A program made the translations under genes and the position numbers. Positions 15,901 to 16,477 of a DNA stretch of 16,477 nt are shown in pieces. Within the stretch, counting starts at the first letter, position 1. Each line of letters begins with the position of its first letter. Origin of the DNA: Pseudomonadota bacterium. Its GTDB lineage: Bacteria > UBA10199 > 2-02-FULL-44-16 > JBDRGF01. Below the pieces are notes generated by a model that was not told the DNA's origin, ran no database searches, and saw only the letters and a program-made list of their open reading frames with translations. Location: contig JBDRGF010000100.1 in the NCBI GenBank assembly GCA_043818055.1, forward strand, positions 1 to 16,477, read 5' to 3'.

Positions 15901-16305
15901 TTGGGGTTGTGGTTTTGTTGTTGTAAATGCGCCTCCCCCTTGAGGGGGGAGGTTGGGTGGGGGTGAGGAATATAATCTCACCACCAAATCATCCCTGAAA
16001 TGCACGACAATCTCACCAAGATATCGATCGGACATGATCATATCTTCTGGTGTGATTTCTTTTGTGATGGAATCGGTTGGATTTATTTCAGGGGCGTCGT
16101 TTCCTTTAGAACCACAAGAAACAAAAATAAATAACACTATAATGATTATAAAATGTAGGGGCAATCCCCCGTGCTTACCCGCAGGCAGACACAGAGGTTT
16201 GCCCCTACAAAGCTGGGGGAAGGGAATAAAAAAGCGGGCGGGTTTAAAACCCGCCCCTACATTGACGTTAAAATTTCTTATATTTTTAGAGGCATTTCCT
16301 CTCAT
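12943..16305 (-). CDS. Secreted lipoprotein S8 (subtilisin-like) serine peptidase with C-terminal FG-GAP/VCBS-like repeats
   Basis: GGAGG SD before ATG 16305 and lipobox FVS-C (Cys64). Triad motifs: GKGVHIYNDDAAYNFFHEDL (Asp), HGTAVAG (His) and FGGTSGA (Ser), plus VEGAGN (oxyanion Asn). DSGAIIVGA...FSNYSSRLDAYSWG resembles the Peptidases_S8_11 subfamily. Ca-binding-like DIDGDGLMDI and DMDADHRSDL repeats follow. Confidence 0.9.
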   Translation of the reverse strand: MRGNASKNIRNFNVNVGAGFKPARFFIPFPQLCRGKPLCLPAGKHGGLPLHFIIIIVLFIFVSCGSKGNDAPEINPTDSITKEITPEDMIMSDRYLGEIVVHFRDDLVVRLYSSPPPNLPPQGGGAFTTTKPQPQFEVRNFYYQSLADNLNRILEEHQVEVRRYLTMRQDEYDIFKRDLEELNSEELPDLNSIYYFKAEPKEAIVLYNRLKNFYGVEYIYPHLQKVLTAVTTPDLSPQQGYLTANGGIDAFSAWNQGVTGKGVHIYNDDAAYNFFHEDLQLNYTVYDEKNNPKGSLVGEKTSLADHLPMDKQPYYISCGIDCMYLVIGHGTAVAGIVNASHNNGTGNFGVKGIAPDAKLLAGNPPVYYKEANIFPLGDDHDSNTFPGSVHLIESAVVGKDGKINCKFGDPCYNAGQLPSEVVPDKMKYFQTLSAMGITVVEGAGNSNIDIGDANQYTGQWSVWINPTTQDSGAIIVGASEGANMQKASFSNYSSRLDAYSWGSSIVTTSYPYGDATTSPFYWKGAGGPPSQDPVNDKHKFYTNHFGGTSGATAIVGGAVTLVQSRFMQLAGNGRMRYIMPKKIRELMRSSGDNQKDTTGKNIGVQPKMDRLLKAVDNYWQSISAQYPALKLNPKQLSNINRMTKQEIISMRVNGVGLVCIKHDPDGSSSDPLCSDDLLWPRGDQMSVDMDIDGDGLMDIVSWKRGEFKIDLSSKGTDATWCSDLKGVREPDGYCNMYRFSRKYGSWDLIINYADINSKWILPYVKDMDADHRSDLMLYDKEHGKWYIEYMNVDYINGSENRIVTWDKELQYDWKDELNIDPWKSKYSRPAVADLIGNSNKPKVANNWADISILCSDGYWRVDLGGPNNPDGKWDIEVKYLTDEQLKVAPGWAYQPYVSSQDSYETDIDDKVEALFVKTPDTLPAAGRIQAWTSGVASAQLGQGDDYERCKKIGLEKCGNPIEPKLNGGNELILMPPDYWMSSTAVGIVQLGVNLALIENLSFSNAAPPIDYTPIAIDASCKPLLTKHRYIFQCKDEWIIVADSYRCSKWEKKTAGKNICTDETWGIKHIPLSYNPTDFVLPGRPYVGGISYLDTQKIIQNSLLEHPNTPPPIIVDMPMVE
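15932..15966 (-). repeat. C/G-rich palindromic repeat embedded in frame in the peptidase prodomain
   Basis: The - strand reads TCACCCCCACCCAACCTCCCCCCTCAAGGGGGAGG (CCTCCCCC/GGGGGAGG stem) and translates as SPPPNLPPQGG. Its composition is alien to the flanking sequence. Confidence 0.6.
16155..16208. repeat. Second-family GTAG REP doublet embedded in the peptidase 5' coding region
   Basis: GTAGGGGCAATCCCCCGTGCTTACCC (+) and GTAGGGGCAAACCTCTGTGTCTGCC (-). The GTAGGGGCAA/TTGCCCCTAC termini are inverted and the element is 54 bp long. Confidence 0.75.
16236..16260 (-). repeat. Single GTAG REP (same family as 670-731 and 5456-5516) embedded in the peptidase 5' coding region
   Basis: The - strand reads GTAGGGGCGGGTTTTAAACCCGCCC, one base different from the copy at 731-707. 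It translates as VGAGFKPA. Confidence 0.85.
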
Positions 16306-16477
16306 AAAAGCCTCCGGATTGAAAAGAACCTAGCACCATGAGGTTTATTAGTCAATTTTGACGCTATCATTATATAAAGGGGTTTGTTTTTACCCGATGT
16401 AATCTTTATGTAAATTCTAACCTATTGATATATAAGTGAAAAAGTGATATGTTTCGATGAAGAAACTTGGCCTCGAA

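Noticed and set aside
16457..16477. Possible start of a divergent gene (MKKLGLE...) at the window edge
   Set aside because: Only seven codons are visible, so it cannot be supported.

Overview
Bacterial window with two parts; gene order and content suggest a deltaproteobacterium-like organism, which is inference only. Positions 1-8142 are mostly housekeeping genes: the 3' end of clpB, an orphan 487-aa ORF, an RRM RNA-binding protein, a split two-gene lipoate-protein ligase, a long class II aldolase, and a DUF4190-like/rsmD/coaD/aspartate aminotransferase operon. GTAG-type REP doublets and a heptamer array lie between some of these genes. Positions ~8200-16305 form a largely AT-richer, mosaic locus of secreted and membrane proteins. 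A diverged direct repeat brackets a 142-aa orphan gene. A 546-aa lipoprotein (+) with small membrane-protein genes converges on a 1120-aa lipoprotein S8 peptidase (-). Between them lie two headless 3' gene tips joined back to back at ~12103. One is an 85%-identical tip of the peptidase. The other is a ~28%-identical, ungapped alternative C-terminus of the lipoprotein, followed by its own membrane-protein gene. This resembles orphan C-terminus/immunity cassettes of polymorphic systems, but it is two-sided. The peptidase also carries three different palindromic repeat elements read in frame in its signal peptide and prodomain.
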